From: Ylistrum balloti
Lineage: Eukaryota
NCBI RefSeq assembly: GCF_031769215.1
Contig: NW_026783079.1
Coordinates: forward strand, 1-62,940
Reading direction: 5' to 3'
DNA: 62,940 nucleotides
Position 1 is the stretch's first letter, and each line of letters opens with the position of its first letter. Positions 19,562-30,101 of the stretch are shown piece by piece. Below the pieces are notes generated by a model. The model did not search any database. It saw nothing but the letters and a program-made list of their open reading frames with translations, and had not been told where the DNA came from. A program made the translations under genes and the position numbers.

Positions 19562-21118
19562 TCAACAATGTGTAGCAGGTTTTCTTTGATCTATGTGTCT
19601 TATCTTGTGCATTTTTAGCCCAGGTTGTTCCGAGTCGTTGATCGAGTCTAGAAATTCGAAGGCAGCCTGAAATGAACGTAAAAGGTGTTCTGCTAAGTCT
19701 CTTGTTAAATTGTTTTTGACAACAATTCTAAACATAGTTTGTGTTGCCTGTTCATCATATAAGAGTGGTGTTTTTTCTTCTGTCAAGGGGTGATCAAAAC
19801 TCATTTGGTAACCACTAACATACCAATGATGTTGAGAGAGTACATGTTGTAAATCAATATCGTCATAAGAAAAATTACAGGCTGGATTTAACATCGCGCT
19901 GACAACAGGTAGGCAATGTTTATCACCATGATCTAACAGGATAAAGCGGGGGATACCTTTATAAGTCATACTCTTTAGACCATCACGTAGGAATTTCGCG
20001 TTCTGCATCATATTGTCACAACACGTTTGATATCCTTTTTGGCCATAACGTAAAAATTTGTAGTACTGGACATAGACACCACTGGCAGGTCTCGAAAAAT
20101 TTAAGGTATAAGAGTCCGCTTTTCCGCCAAGATAAGTTACGGAGATAGCAATATGCTCACTTAAATTTTTACGTTGACGCCAGATGATCCAGCCAGTGCC
20201 GCAACAAGATTCACCATATTTATGCCCGCTACTTGAAATCGATAGCACATTTTTGAGGCGAAAATCCCAAGGCGGTAGGTCTCTTTGAAATGGAGCAATA
20301 AAACCTCCTGAAGCAGCATCTACATGAATGCCAACTTGATAAGATTGTTCTGTATTAATCTCTTCAATAACTTGATCTATTTCCCATACAGGATCATATT
20401 GTCCAGCATAGTGGTTGCCCATAATACAAACGACACCAATCGTTTTTTCATCAATCGCATTACGGACTTTTTGGGGGCATAGTGTGAAGTTCTCTACTGA
20501 TGGTTGAATAAATTTAGGCTCGATATCCATATATTTGAGTAGTTTTTCCCAAGCCGCTTGAAAGCAAGTTGATATAACTAGATTAGGGCGTATTGCTAGA
20601 ACTTCTTCTGTATTTAAATTGTTACGTTTCGCATACCAAGCTCGCCAGCGAAATTTGAGGGCTAAACCTGCTAATAAACAAGCTTCTGTAGATCCTACTG
20701 TTCCTGCCCCAGGGTAAGTACCATATTCGGAAAAATCTTCAGGTTCTGGGCAGTGCCATAGGCGGGCAATCATATTAACCACACTATTATGCATTTTGTA
20801 GGATTGGGGGTAGACTGTTTGATCTGCCAAATTGACGCGTAATCCCATTAAGGCTACAGCTTCTTCATCTTCTTCGAAGCTAACGTTTACATAAGATGAT
20901 GTATTTAACTGTTGGTTAAAATCTAAGGTATGTGTATTCTCAATGATTGTTTTTACGGTTTTTGATGCGTGTCCAGTTTCAGGAATTTGCATATTACCAA
21001 GCCAATTATGTTGAGCTGCACTTGAAACATAGTAGTTCTCATGACGCTGTTGTAGTTGGGCTAGTTGTGTGCGTAATGCTTTTATTTCAGCTTTTAATTT
21101 TTTAGTCTCCTCGGACAT
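19562..21118 (-). CDS. Glutamate decarboxylase (PLP-dependent, group II)
   Basis: GTVGSTEACLLAGLALK, IHVDAASGGFIAPF, SGHKYG (PLP Lys), TLNFSRPAS..YVQYYKFLRYG. Confidence 0.85.
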   Translation of the reverse strand: MSEETKKLKAEIKALRTQLAQLQQRHENYYVSSAAQHNWLGNMQIPETGHASKTVKTIIENTHTLDFNQQLNTSSYVNVSFEEDEEAVALMGLRVNLADQTVYPQSYKMHNSVVNMIARLWHCPEPEDFSEYGTYPGAGTVGSTEACLLAGLALKFRWRAWYAKRNNLNTEEVLAIRPNLVISTCFQAAWEKLLKYMDIEPKFIQPSVENFTLCPQKVRNAIDEKTIGVVCIMGNHYAGQYDPVWEIDQVIEEINTEQSYQVGIHVDAASGGFIAPFQRDLPPWDFRLKNVLSISSSGHKYGESCCGTGWIIWRQRKNLSEHIAISVTYLGGKADSYTLNFSRPASGVYVQYYKFLRYGQKGYQTCCDNMMQNAKFLRDGLKSMTYKGIPRFILLDHGDKHCLPVVSAMLNPACNFSYDDIDLQHVLSQHHWYVSGYQMSFDHPLTEEKTPLLYDEQATQTMFRIVVKNNLTRDLAEHLLRSFQAAFEFLDSINDSEQPGLKMHKIRHIDQRKPATHC

Positions 21119-21224
21119 CTCTAATTACCTTCCTAAAATTTGAATTATGAGCATAAAATTAATGATTTTATCTAGTTCTAGATTAGTGTAGGGGGGATTA
21201 TATTAAAATAGTAGTTTTTTTTGA

Positions 21225-21986
21225 TTATTTAGGTTTTTGCTGTCTTGGAAAAATATAAGATAGTAAGAAATTATGGGTTAAACTGCGACGTTGACCGCCA
21301 AAATCGTAGCCAAACTGAACACGATGGTATCTAATTCTGAAACCACCTCGAATGTAGGTTGTTATAATTGAGCCTTTATCGTCTAAAATACCAGGGTTAT
21401 TATTAAAAACAAAACGAAACCCTTGGTCAACACGTACTGTGATGTAAAAAATCCAGGGTCCATGTTTGCCTGCGGTTGTTCTTAGTAGTTCGTTAGACCA
21501 TTCTATAAAGGCATAGGGAGCGATAAATTTGAACTCAGCGTTTTGCATATAGGTAGTTGCTAAACCAAGAAAAAAAGCCGATTTAGTTGCTGTGCCTGGT
21601 AGTAACTGTACTGATAGCGCAAATGTCCCACTGCCTAAGCGCAGCTTTGGTTCATATCTAAACCCGGCCCCCAGTCGAAGTTTTTTTGCAAAACGTAGCC
21701 AAAATGCACTTGCAACGGTTGAAAGGGCTTTTGGGGTCTTACTAGAAAAATACGTATTCCAATGTGTCTGATCTTTTCTGAGATCTAGGAGTCGATATTC
21801 AAAAGCAATTGCGGCGGTTTCCCAATTTGTAGCGTAATGTAAACCAGAAAGAGGGAGAAATACAGTATTTCCTAAATCTTGATAAACAAGTTCCCATTGT
21901 TCTTGAGATAAGGTTGCAGAAAGTACTGGTGTTGACGTAAATAATAGCGTCAGACAGATAGATAATAATTTTATGTTGTAGGACAT
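21225..21986 (-). CDS. Hypothetical exported protein, possibly beta-barrel
   Basis: Signal peptide (..VLSA) and aromatic-rich alternating strands. No family recognised. Confidence 0.5.
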   Translation of the reverse strand: MSYNIKLLSICLTLLFTSTPVLSATLSQEQWELVYQDLGNTVFLPLSGLHYATNWETAAIAFEYRLLDLRKDQTHWNTYFSSKTPKALSTVASAFWLRFAKKLRLGAGFRYEPKLRLGSGTFALSVQLLPGTATKSAFFLGLATTYMQNAEFKFIAPYAFIEWSNELLRTTAGKHGPWIFYITVRVDQGFRFVFNNNPGILDDKGSIITTYIRGGFRIRYHRVQFGYDFGGQRRSLTHNFLLSYIFPRQQKPK

Positions 21987-22247
21987 ACGAAGGTCATTTT
22001 ACTGTATGTAGGATAAGAATTGCTTGATACACCTTGAGTAGCTAATAGATTTCAGTAGCTAATGGTCATTGCTTGAGGAAGGAGTAATCATAATTATGAC
22101 AAAATATCATTCGGGCTGATACAGAACTGTTAAGACTTAACTTTTTAGGTCCAAGTAGAATTTTTAAGAGTCTATGTTGTTTGCATGTGTTTTTTAAATG
22201 AAACATGATGAATATGTTTTATACATTGTTATGTAAAGGTATTATAG

Positions 22248-22610
22248 ATGATGTTTTGGGGCGTTGTTGGAGCTAGTTGTCTTTTTATAGGGGTGCTGTT
22301 GGGGGCTTTTGCTGCTCATGTTTTGAAAGAGCGTTTAAGCCCTGAATTACTAGCAATATTTGAAGTTGGTGTACGTTATCATATGTACCATGCTTTAGCT
22401 ATTTTATTTATCGCGGTGCAGGTTCAAAAAGATAAAGCATTTATTTGGGCTGGTGATTTTTACCTTGCAGGTATTGTTTTGTTTTCTGGCAGTTTGTATT
22501 TATTGTCATTGACGGGAGTTAGATGGTTAGGAGCTATTACACCTATTGGCGGTGTTTGTTTTTTGGTTGGACATGCTTTATTAGCTTGGGCGTTTATACG
22601 TGTAGGTTAA
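22248..22610 (+). CDS. DUF423/YgdD (TMEM256) membrane protein
   Basis: LGAFAAH, GVRYHMYHAL, LFSGSLYLL, GAITPIGG. Confidence 0.9.
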   Translation: MMFWGVVGASCLFIGVLLGAFAAHVLKERLSPELLAIFEVGVRYHMYHALAILFIAVQVQKDKAFIWAGDFYLAGIVLFSGSLYLLSLTGVRWLGAITPIGGVCFLVGHALLAWAFIRVG

Positions 22611-22625
22611 TAGGAGAGATTATTC

Positions 22626-23057
22626 TTGAAACGGAAAAAAAATACGGGTAAGTTAAGTCAAGAAGAAACGTTTTTATTTGAGGCACATCTTGATTATTAT
22701 CCGCCACGTCGTAGTTTAGAGTATCAAAAAGCGACGACTTCAATTCAGAGAACAAAAAGTTTGCAAACTTTAGTTAAACAGGGAATAACGCCTGTTGATT
22801 ATACAATAGATCTTCATGGGTTAACCTTGGTACAAGCAATGCAACGACTTCACCAGGTGTTTTTACGTGCACATCAAGCGGGTTGGCATATCATTCGTGT
22901 GGTGACTGGAAAAGGCTACCGTTCGCCAGGAGGTGAGGGGGTTTTATTACGTGAAGTTCCAGTAAAATTACGTTTAGATCCACGTGTTGCCGAAGTAATA
23001 CAGGCGATAAAACCTAAAGATGGTGGTCGTGGCGCCTGGTTTGTACGGTTAAAGTAA
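22626..23057 (+). CDS. Smr/MutS2 C-terminal domain protein
   Basis: IDLHGLT, VVTGKG, GGRGAWFV. Confidence 0.88.
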   Translation: MKRKKNTGKLSQEETFLFEAHLDYYPPRRSLEYQKATTSIQRTKSLQTLVKQGITPVDYTIDLHGLTLVQAMQRLHQVFLRAHQAGWHIIRVVTGKGYRSPGGEGVLLREVPVKLRLDPRVAEVIQAIKPKDGGRGAWFVRLK

Positions 23058-23071
23058 ACAAGCTGAACAGT

Positions 23072-23542
23072 TTATACAGTATTACCTTTTTCCAGCGAAT
23101 CAAATAAACCTTTAACACCAGACTCTACAAGTTTATAGACCTGTTCAAAACCGTCATCTCCACCATAATAAGGGTCTGGGACTTCTCGCTCGGGTCCGTT
23201 ATGGAAGTCTAAAAGTCTTACAATTTTTGCTTCTGGTCCTAAGATATTTTTCAGATTTTTTTTGTTACTGTTATCCATAGCAACAAAAAGATCAGTTGTG
23301 TGAATATCTTGTGCTTGTACTTGTGCTGCACGTCCATTACTAATATCTAGGCCCTGCTGTCTAGCTGTTTTTTGCATACGTTGGTCAGGTGGGGAACCAA
23401 TATGCCAGCCGCCTGTACCTGCAGAGGTAAGTGTTAGAGATAAATGACGTGATGTCATTTCTTTAAAAGCAAGGCCTTCTGCTAGGGGGCTACGGCAGAT
23501 ATTACCTAGACAGACAAAACAGATAGATTGGATACTATGCAT
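23072..23542 (-). CDS. Low-molecular-weight protein-tyrosine phosphatase
   Basis: CLGNICRS P-loop, SAGT, DPYYGG. Confidence 0.93.
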   Translation of the reverse strand: MHSIQSICFVCLGNICRSPLAEGLAFKEMTSRHLSLTLTSAGTGGWHIGSPPDQRMQKTARQQGLDISNGRAAQVQAQDIHTTDLFVAMDNSNKKNLKNILGPEAKIVRLLDFHNGPEREVPDPYYGGDDGFEQVYKLVESGVKGLFDSLEKGNTV

Positions 23543-23615
23543 CAGAATATTTAGAATCGTAGAAAAGTACCGCTGTTATAGTTTTTTTATAACAGCGGTG
23601 TTGAGTTAAGAATAT

Positions 23616-24764
23616 TTAAGCTTTTGCATAGGCTTGAATCAATAAGTCAGCGACTTCCGGGCGTGTGAATTCTTCTGGTGGGCGCTGGCCGTTGTCTAAC
23701 ATTTCACGTACTTTTGTACCACTTAAGAAAATACGTTCTTCGGGGCTGGAAGCAGTTGTTTTGGCAGTTGCCATTTGTTGTGTGCGTGTGCAATAAAAGG
23801 AATGTTCAAATTTTAGAATATGAATACCTAGATCATCAAAACTAAATTGGTTAAAGATGTCTTGAGCATCATAGGTGCCGTAGTAATCGCCAACTCCTGC
23901 ATGGTCACGCCCGACAATAAAATGGCTGCAGCCGTAGTTCTTGCGTGTTAACGCATGAAAAATTGCTTCACGTGGTCCAGCATAACGCATTGCTGCAGGA
24001 AACATCGCTAAAAGAACACGTTTGGGATTATAGTACTTTTCCATCATAATTTCGTAGCACTGAACACGAATATCTGCAGGGATATCACCTGGTTTTGTTG
24101 CGCCTACGAGTGGGTGAATTATGAGGCCGTCAACACCTTCTAAAGCAACTTTTGTTAGATACTCATGAGCACGGTGGATTGGGTTACGTGTTTGGAAAGC
24201 GACAACTGTTTCCCAACCACGTTTTTCAAATTCACTACGCGTCTGTGCTGGTGTTAAACGGTGATCTTGGTAGAGTTGCTCTGGTAATTCAAAAGTGTGT
24301 ACAGGGCCAGCAAGACGTTTTTCTGGGAGTCCTTGAACGTATTGTACACCAGGATGACTAGCATCATTTGTGCCAAAAACTGATGTTGTTTCACGTTCTA
24401 AATCTGGTTCATAAACTTCTTCAACTTCAACTAAGGCTATTTCACTCCCTTGGAAAGTTAATAAAATGGCGCCTACTGTTTGTGCGGCAGTGGCTGTGTC
24501 TTGATCGGCTGCTAACACAATTGGAAATGGCCAGACTAGGCCATTTGTTAAACGAATGTTGTCAATAATTGAATCGTAATCAGCTTTACCCACAAAACCA
24601 GTTAATGGTGCCATTGCACCAACTGCAAACATTTCGATGTCAGCAAATGTGTTTTCTGTAACCTCTATGACTGGCGCTTTGGGGTAGGTTTCTTTTAGTT
24701 TTTGTGCTTGCTCTTTAGAAACTGAACGGGGTGTTAATTGTCCACCATGTGGTGTCGCAACCAT
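23616..24764 (-). CDS. sat: Sulfate adenylyltransferase (ATP sulfurylase, Sat type)
   Basis: PHGG, AFQTRNPIHRAHE, MRYAGPREA, IVGRDHAGVG, LSGTKVR. Confidence 0.95.
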   Translation of the reverse strand: MVATPHGGQLTPRSVSKEQAQKLKETYPKAPVIEVTENTFADIEMFAVGAMAPLTGFVGKADYDSIIDNIRLTNGLVWPFPIVLAADQDTATAAQTVGAILLTFQGSEIALVEVEEVYEPDLERETTSVFGTNDASHPGVQYVQGLPEKRLAGPVHTFELPEQLYQDHRLTPAQTRSEFEKRGWETVVAFQTRNPIHRAHEYLTKVALEGVDGLIIHPLVGATKPGDIPADIRVQCYEIMMEKYYNPKRVLLAMFPAAMRYAGPREAIFHALTRKNYGCSHFIVGRDHAGVGDYYGTYDAQDIFNQFSFDDLGIHILKFEHSFYCTRTQQMATAKTTASSPEERIFLSGTKVREMLDNGQRPPEEFTRPEVADLLIQAYAKA

Positions 24765-24879
24765 TGAAGTATTTCCTTTCTTTAAGTGTCTTGTCTTAGA
24801 AGTAACTTAAGACAGATTTTTCAAAATATTCTGTTTGGAGTGTGATTTTTTTTGAGTTTTATGTGGCATATAATTTTTT

Positions 24880-25321
24880 CTAAGTGTCTATGAATTCGAC
24901 AATCATTTCTTTAAATTGTTCTGTCTCTTCATCAATTATCCAGGCTCGTACAGCTCCTGCTTTACCTTGGTCTACTCTATAGATGACCCAAACGAAACCA
25001 GGCCAATGTAGGGCAAATGTCCTATCTGTTTCACTAGCAATCTCTGGGCAGTCGGGGTGACTATGGAAAAAACCAATAACTTGTTCATCTGTGGCAAGTG
25101 CTTGTTCTGTTTTGTAATAAAATAATGGATCAATTTCAAAACGGTCATGACCACGTTCTTTATTTTGGTTTTCTGCTGTAACGATACGTGTGAGTACAGT
25201 ACTTTTGTCAGAAGTGTTGCCAATCATGCATACCGCATCCTTCATTAGGATAAGCAGGTTCTAGGTGGCGTTGCATCTCGTGATGCAAATTTTCTGGAAT
25301 GGATATTTTGTTTATCGGCAT
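24880..25321 (-). pseudogene. JAB/M67 metallopeptidase (Mec/CysO-cysteine peptidase-like), split by a +1 frameshift near 25228-25231
   Basis: ATG at 25321 overlaps the cysM stop (TAATG) and reads MPINKISIPENLHHEMQRHLEPAYPNEGCG. The sequence continues in another frame as MIGNTS...GFFHSHPD..ASETD (JAMM motif). The span is 442 nt = 3n+1. Confidence 0.82.
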
Positions 25322-26295
25322 TAGATGCCTCCTCCTTGCAGCTGTGCAGATTGCCAAACGCGTGTTGTTAGGTAACGTGTCCCATGGTCTGGAAGAATAA
25401 CAACAAAAACACCCTGCTTTACATCTTGTGATTTTTGTATAGATGCATTTAAGGCTGCTCCTCCGCTTGGGCAGGTCATTATACCTATTTCTTTTGCTAA
25501 TAGTTGTACCGTTTCATAAGCTGCTTCGGTTTCTACAGGTATTTTGTCATCTAAAAGGTCTTCTTGGTAGATACCAGGCACAATGCTTGACGCCATATGT
25601 TTTAAACCTTCAAGACCATGGAAAGCGTGATCAGGTTCTGCTGCGATTACTTGTGTTTTGGGGTGGATTTTGTCAAAACCAGCGCGTAAACCCATGGCTG
25701 TTCCTGATGTACCTAGAGAGGCAAATGTATGTGTCACACGGCCTTGTGTCTGTTCCCAAATTTCAGGTGCTGTTGTTTCTGCATGCGCTTTTGGGTTTGC
25801 TGGATTATTGTATTGATCTGGCTTCCAATATTTTTCCGGGTTTTCTGTTGCCATTTGTCGGCTAACAACAATAGCACCATCACTGCCTTCTAATGGATCT
25901 GTTAGGATCAGTTTTGCTCCGTAAGCTTTTAGAACAGAGATACGTTCTTTGCTTGCATTTTCAGGAATGCAGAGCGTTACGGGAAAGTTTAAGGCTGCAC
26001 CAATCATTGCGTATGCAATCCCCGTATTCCCACTCGTTGAATCCAGTAAAGTTTTTCCCCTGGTGAAATTTCCTGTCTCTAGACCATCGAGGACCATAGA
26101 GAGTGCCGCACGATCTTTTACTGAGCCTCCTGGGTTTGCTCCTTCAAGCTTGCATAAAATCTCTACATTCGGATTTGCTCCTAGACGTACTGGCCATTTT
26201 CCTAAATGTAGTAGGGGGGTATTACCGATGCATTCTAAAATGGTGCCACGGATTTTTTGAGCAGCTGGTCCAAATTGTAAAAAGCGAGATGTCAA
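25321..26295 (-). CDS. cysM: PLP-dependent cysteine synthase, CysM-like
   Basis: IGNTPL, KLEGANPGGSVKDRAA, STSGNTG, LGTSGT. Lies between a sulfur carrier and a JAB protease. Confidence 0.8.
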   Translation of the reverse strand: MTSRFLQFGPAAQKIRGTILECIGNTPLLHLGKWPVRLGANPNVEILCKLEGANPGGSVKDRAALSMVLDGLETGNFTRGKTLLDSTSGNTGIAYAMIGAALNFPVTLCIPENASKERISVLKAYGAKLILTDPLEGSDGAIVVSRQMATENPEKYWKPDQYNNPANPKAHAETTAPEIWEQTQGRVTHTFASLGTSGTAMGLRAGFDKIHPKTQVIAAEPDHAFHGLEGLKHMASSIVPGIYQEDLLDDKIPVETEAAYETVQLLAKEIGIMTCPSGGAALNASIQKSQDVKQGVFVVILPDHGTRYLTTRVWQSAQLQGGGI

Positions 26296-26327
26296 CAGAA
26301 ATGAGATGAAAAAAATAAGTTTATAGA

Positions 26328-26612
26328 TTAAGCTATATGACCACCTGCAATAGCAGGAATAATCGCAAGTTCATCGCCATCTTGTACTTCTGTATCTGGA
26401 CCGTTTTGAAAACGGACATCTTTATCGTTTAAGAATAGGTTGACAAAACGACGTACATCACCGTTTTGGTCTAATAATTGATTAGCTAAATCGCTATGTT
26501 GTTGAATTAGGTGACCAATGCATTGCCGTACGGTGGAACCCTCTACTGAAACAATATCTTGTTCTTGGGTGAATTTGCGTAACGGTGTTGGAATCCGAAT
26601 GTTAATAGCCAT
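26328..26612 (-). CDS. MoaD/ThiS-family sulfur carrier (CysO-like) with GG-HIA C-terminus
   Basis: IRIPTPLRKFT, RRFVNLFLNDKDVRF, IIPAIAGG followed by HIA*. Confidence 0.88.
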   Translation of the reverse strand: MAINIRIPTPLRKFTQEQDIVSVEGSTVRQCIGHLIQQHSDLANQLLDQNGDVRRFVNLFLNDKDVRFQNGPDTEVQDGDELAIIPAIAGGHIA

Positions 26613-26708
26613 TTAGATACTCCTTATAGTTTAGATGTTCTATATGTATATATAAGTATAGATGAAATTGATTGATGGTGTGTGACAACTTTATTGAATA
26701 TGACTTAG

Positions 26709-26734
26709 CCTTAGTGTAAAAAATTACACTAGGG
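26709..26734. promoter_or_regulatory. Palindrome in the divergent promoter region between the cysO operon and a sensor kinase
   Basis: CCT-TAGTGTAA-AAAA-TTACACTA-GGG. Confidence 0.4.
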
Positions 26735-26860
26735 TTACAACGGATAGCCTATTTAGTTTCCTTAAAATAATTATAAAAAGCATACATTATGTAGTTTATA
26801 GTTAGCTATTAGCTAACTATAAAAAAGATTAACAATTTTATTATAAAGTAGCGAATAGAA

Positions 26861-29040
26861 ATGAAAAAAAGATTAGCAGCGTTATATGCTCGTCTGTTGG
26901 ATATTGGTATCGATGTATCACTTCCTGAACGGCTTATGAGAATTCGTGCTCAATATAACATACTTTTTGTATCTAGTATGCTTACGTTGTGTAATGCTTT
27001 ACTTCTCTGGTGGTTTGAGAAAAAACAGCTAGCCTTTATTATATTTATTGCCGCGATAGTGTATCTAGGGTACTTCTTTTTGTTGTTGCTTCAGATTAAA
27101 CGTCTTTTTGATACATTCATTGTGTTTAATTTTCTATATTCGACAGCATTGATTTTGTTGATGGGAATTTTTTTGGGGCCAGCATTTGGTGTCCATTATT
27201 TATTTCTTTTTAATTGGATTTTTTGTACTTTATAGGACAGCCTCAAAGTTGGTTACCTTTATGTTATCTAATTATCTCATTATGTCTTTTTTATGTTGTT
27301 GAATTTGAGTGGGTACACTTTTTTATAGCAGTGCAACCGTTGTCACTAACAGTTCAGCAGGCAACAATATTGAAGGTAAGTGTTGCTGGCTCTCTTTTTT
27401 TGGGAGTTTATGTAACAACATCTATCTTTTTTAATACCATTAATCGTTATGCTAGAAAATTTGCAGAGATATTATATCAGCAGGAACTTACGGAGGCTGA
27501 GCTAAAGCGTAGTGAACACCGGTTTCGTAATGTTCTTCAGTTATTACCTTTAGGCATACATGTTTATCAACTAGAAAAAGGTACTACTTTACGATTAGTT
27601 GATTTTAACAAAGCAGCAGATACTATTTTAAATGTTGACCATCGCCGTTCTTATCTATATAAAACGATGGATGAAAGTTTTTCTCTTTCTCCAAAGGTTC
27701 TAGAAAATTGTTGTCGCATAGCTAGAGAAGGTGGTGTTTTAGAAACGCAAAATTATTCTTATCAGGATCAGAATATTTCCAGTATTTTTGATGGCTATAG
27801 TTTTCAAATAGCTCCCGATGAATTGAGTCTTGTTTTTCAAGATGTGTCAGCGCGTAAACAGGCGGAGTTAGAACTTCAGTTAGCTAAGGAGCAAGCTGAA
27901 TCAGCTAATGTAGCCAAGACGCAGTTTTTAGCTAATATGAGTCATGAAATCCGGACACCGCTTAATGCCATTGTTACGCTTAGTCAGATATTGTTGGAAA
28001 AAGTAGAACAACATTTATTAACAGAAAACACGATTTTTAATACAACGTGTAAACGTTACTTAGATAGTATCCAGTTGGCAGGCAAAGATCTAAGTAGTCT
28101 TTTAGGTAATGTTTTAGATTTTGCTAAAATTGAGTCTGGTTGTATGGATTTAGAAGAGGTTTTTTTTGAGCTGAGAGAATTTTTACAAGATCTGTGTCAA
28201 CTATATCAATTTGCCGCTGAAGAAAAGGGCATTACCTTAAGGCAAGAGGTCTCAGTTGATGTGCCCAATAATGTTTATCTAGATGAGGGGAAGCTGAGGC
28301 AAGTTTTGCTTAATCTGTTGAGTAATGCAATTAAATTTTCTCCTGAAAATAAATCTGTGACACTTCGTGTTGATAAACAAGGAGATCTTTTACAGTTTCA
28401 GGTTATTGATCAGGGAATTGGTATTTCTGAAACACAACAAAAAACTATTTTTGAGATGTTTGAGCAAGGGGATGCATCTCTTACAAGAAATTACACAGGA
28501 ACAGGTTTAGGGCTTGCTATTAGTAAAAAACTAGTAGAAATATTAAAGGGGAGCATTTTTGTAGAGAGTGTGATGCATCAAGGAGCTACATTTTCTATCC
28601 AGATTCCATTTTTAGAATCAAAAAAGGAAGAAAGCATTTCTTTTAGAGAAGAAAAAAGCCAATTTCAATTATCAAATGAAAGTCCAGTGATTCTGGTTGT
28701 TGAAGATAATAAACTCAACCAGTTAACAATTACAGCATTATTTGAGTTATTTAATTTAACTATTCATTTAGCCAGCAATGGGCAAGAGGCGATACAAAAA
28801 ACAAAGGTTTTAGATCCCGATTTAATTTTTTTGGATTTGCATATGCCAGATATGTCGGGTTTAGAGGTGATAGAGATATTACGTTCAATTACGGCATATC
28901 GTGATACGCCTATTATTATTTTATCGGCAGACGCTATAATTGAGCAGCAAGAAAAAGCTTTAGCTGTCGGTGCCTCTGCTTACCTGACAAAACCAATAGA
29001 GATCGATAAATTGTCTCTTTTATTAAAAAAATATCTATAA
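26861..29040 (+). pseudogene. Membrane-bound hybrid histidine kinase (TM-PAS-HisKA-HATPase-REC), split by a 1-nt deletion near 27228-27235
   Basis: ORFs 26861-27235 and 27214-29040. [35 protein letters not shown]. The span is 2180 nt = 3n+2, and the N-terminal part matches the TM region of the paralog at 30666. Confidence 0.78.
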
Positions 29041-29151
29041 GAAACTGCTATAAAATAATTGTACTTACCGATATATAATTCAAAATGTTTTTTTAGAACT
29101 GTTTGTTTTAGCTATTGTGAAAGTCTTGCTAAGATAGACGGCGTAATCTAC

Positions 29152-30081
29152 TTAGAATAAGTCTAAGCTTAAATAACGTTCGCCGGTATCACAGATAATG
29201 GTAATAACTGCTGTATCTGCTGGTAGGTCTGTTGCTACTTCTAGGGCAGCAACAACATTTGCGCCTGCACTAATACCGGCGAAGATACCAACTTCACGAG
29301 CGAGACGTCGTTGCATATCAATTGCTTCTTGGTCATCGACAAGTTCAATACGGTCAATTAGGTCCAGGTTGAGAATTTTAGGTATGAAACCAGCACCGAT
29401 ACCTTGGATATTATGATTGCCTGGTTTTCCTCCGGAAAGAACAGGACTTTTAGTCGGTTCTACGGCAACAATTGTTACATTTTCTTGTTGCTGTCTAAGG
29501 GTTTCACCAACACCGGTAAGGGTACCTCCTGTACCGACACCAGCAACAAATGCTGTAATTTCTAACCCCAGTTCTTGACTCGCTTGTAAGATTTCTGGAC
29601 CCGTGGTTAGACGATGTGCTTCAGGATTTGCCGGGTTTTCAAATTGTTGAGGCATAAAAGCACGTTCTCCGTAATGGGCCAATAGTTCTTCTGCCCGAAT
29701 AATAGCACTACCCATACCACCTTCATGCGGTGTTAGCTCTACGGTCGCACCAAAAGCTTGTAATAGTTGAATTCGTTCGGGGCTCATGCTTTCGGGCATG
29801 GTTAAGATACATTCGTAACCACGAGCTGCTGCAAGCCAAGCTAAACCGATACCTGTATTACCGCTTGTTGGTTCAATAATAATTGAGTCTGGTTGTAAGT
29901 TTCCTTTTGCTTCTGCCGCTAAGATCATACTACGACAAATTCGATCTTTAACACTGCCGCCTGGATTATGACTCTCTAACTTGGCATAAACGTGTGCACA
30001 CCCTTTGTTATTTAGCGGACCTAGGTCCAAAAGAGGTGTTTTTCCTACAAGGTCAATAGATGAAGATATGATTGGAGACAT
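29152..30081 (-). CDS. cysK: Cysteine synthase A
   Basis: KLESHNPGGSVKDRI, EPTSGNTGIG, GVGTGGT, HNIQGIGAGFIP, DTGERYLS. Confidence 0.92.
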   Translation of the reverse strand: MSPIISSSIDLVGKTPLLDLGPLNNKGCAHVYAKLESHNPGGSVKDRICRSMILAAEAKGNLQPDSIIIEPTSGNTGIGLAWLAAARGYECILTMPESMSPERIQLLQAFGATVELTPHEGGMGSAIIRAEELLAHYGERAFMPQQFENPANPEAHRLTTGPEILQASQELGLEITAFVAGVGTGGTLTGVGETLRQQQENVTIVAVEPTKSPVLSGGKPGNHNIQGIGAGFIPKILNLDLIDRIELVDDQEAIDMQRRLAREVGIFAGISAGANVVAALEVATDLPADTAVITIICDTGERYLSLDLF

Positions 30082-30101
30082 TGTAATGATGATCTTACCT
30101 G

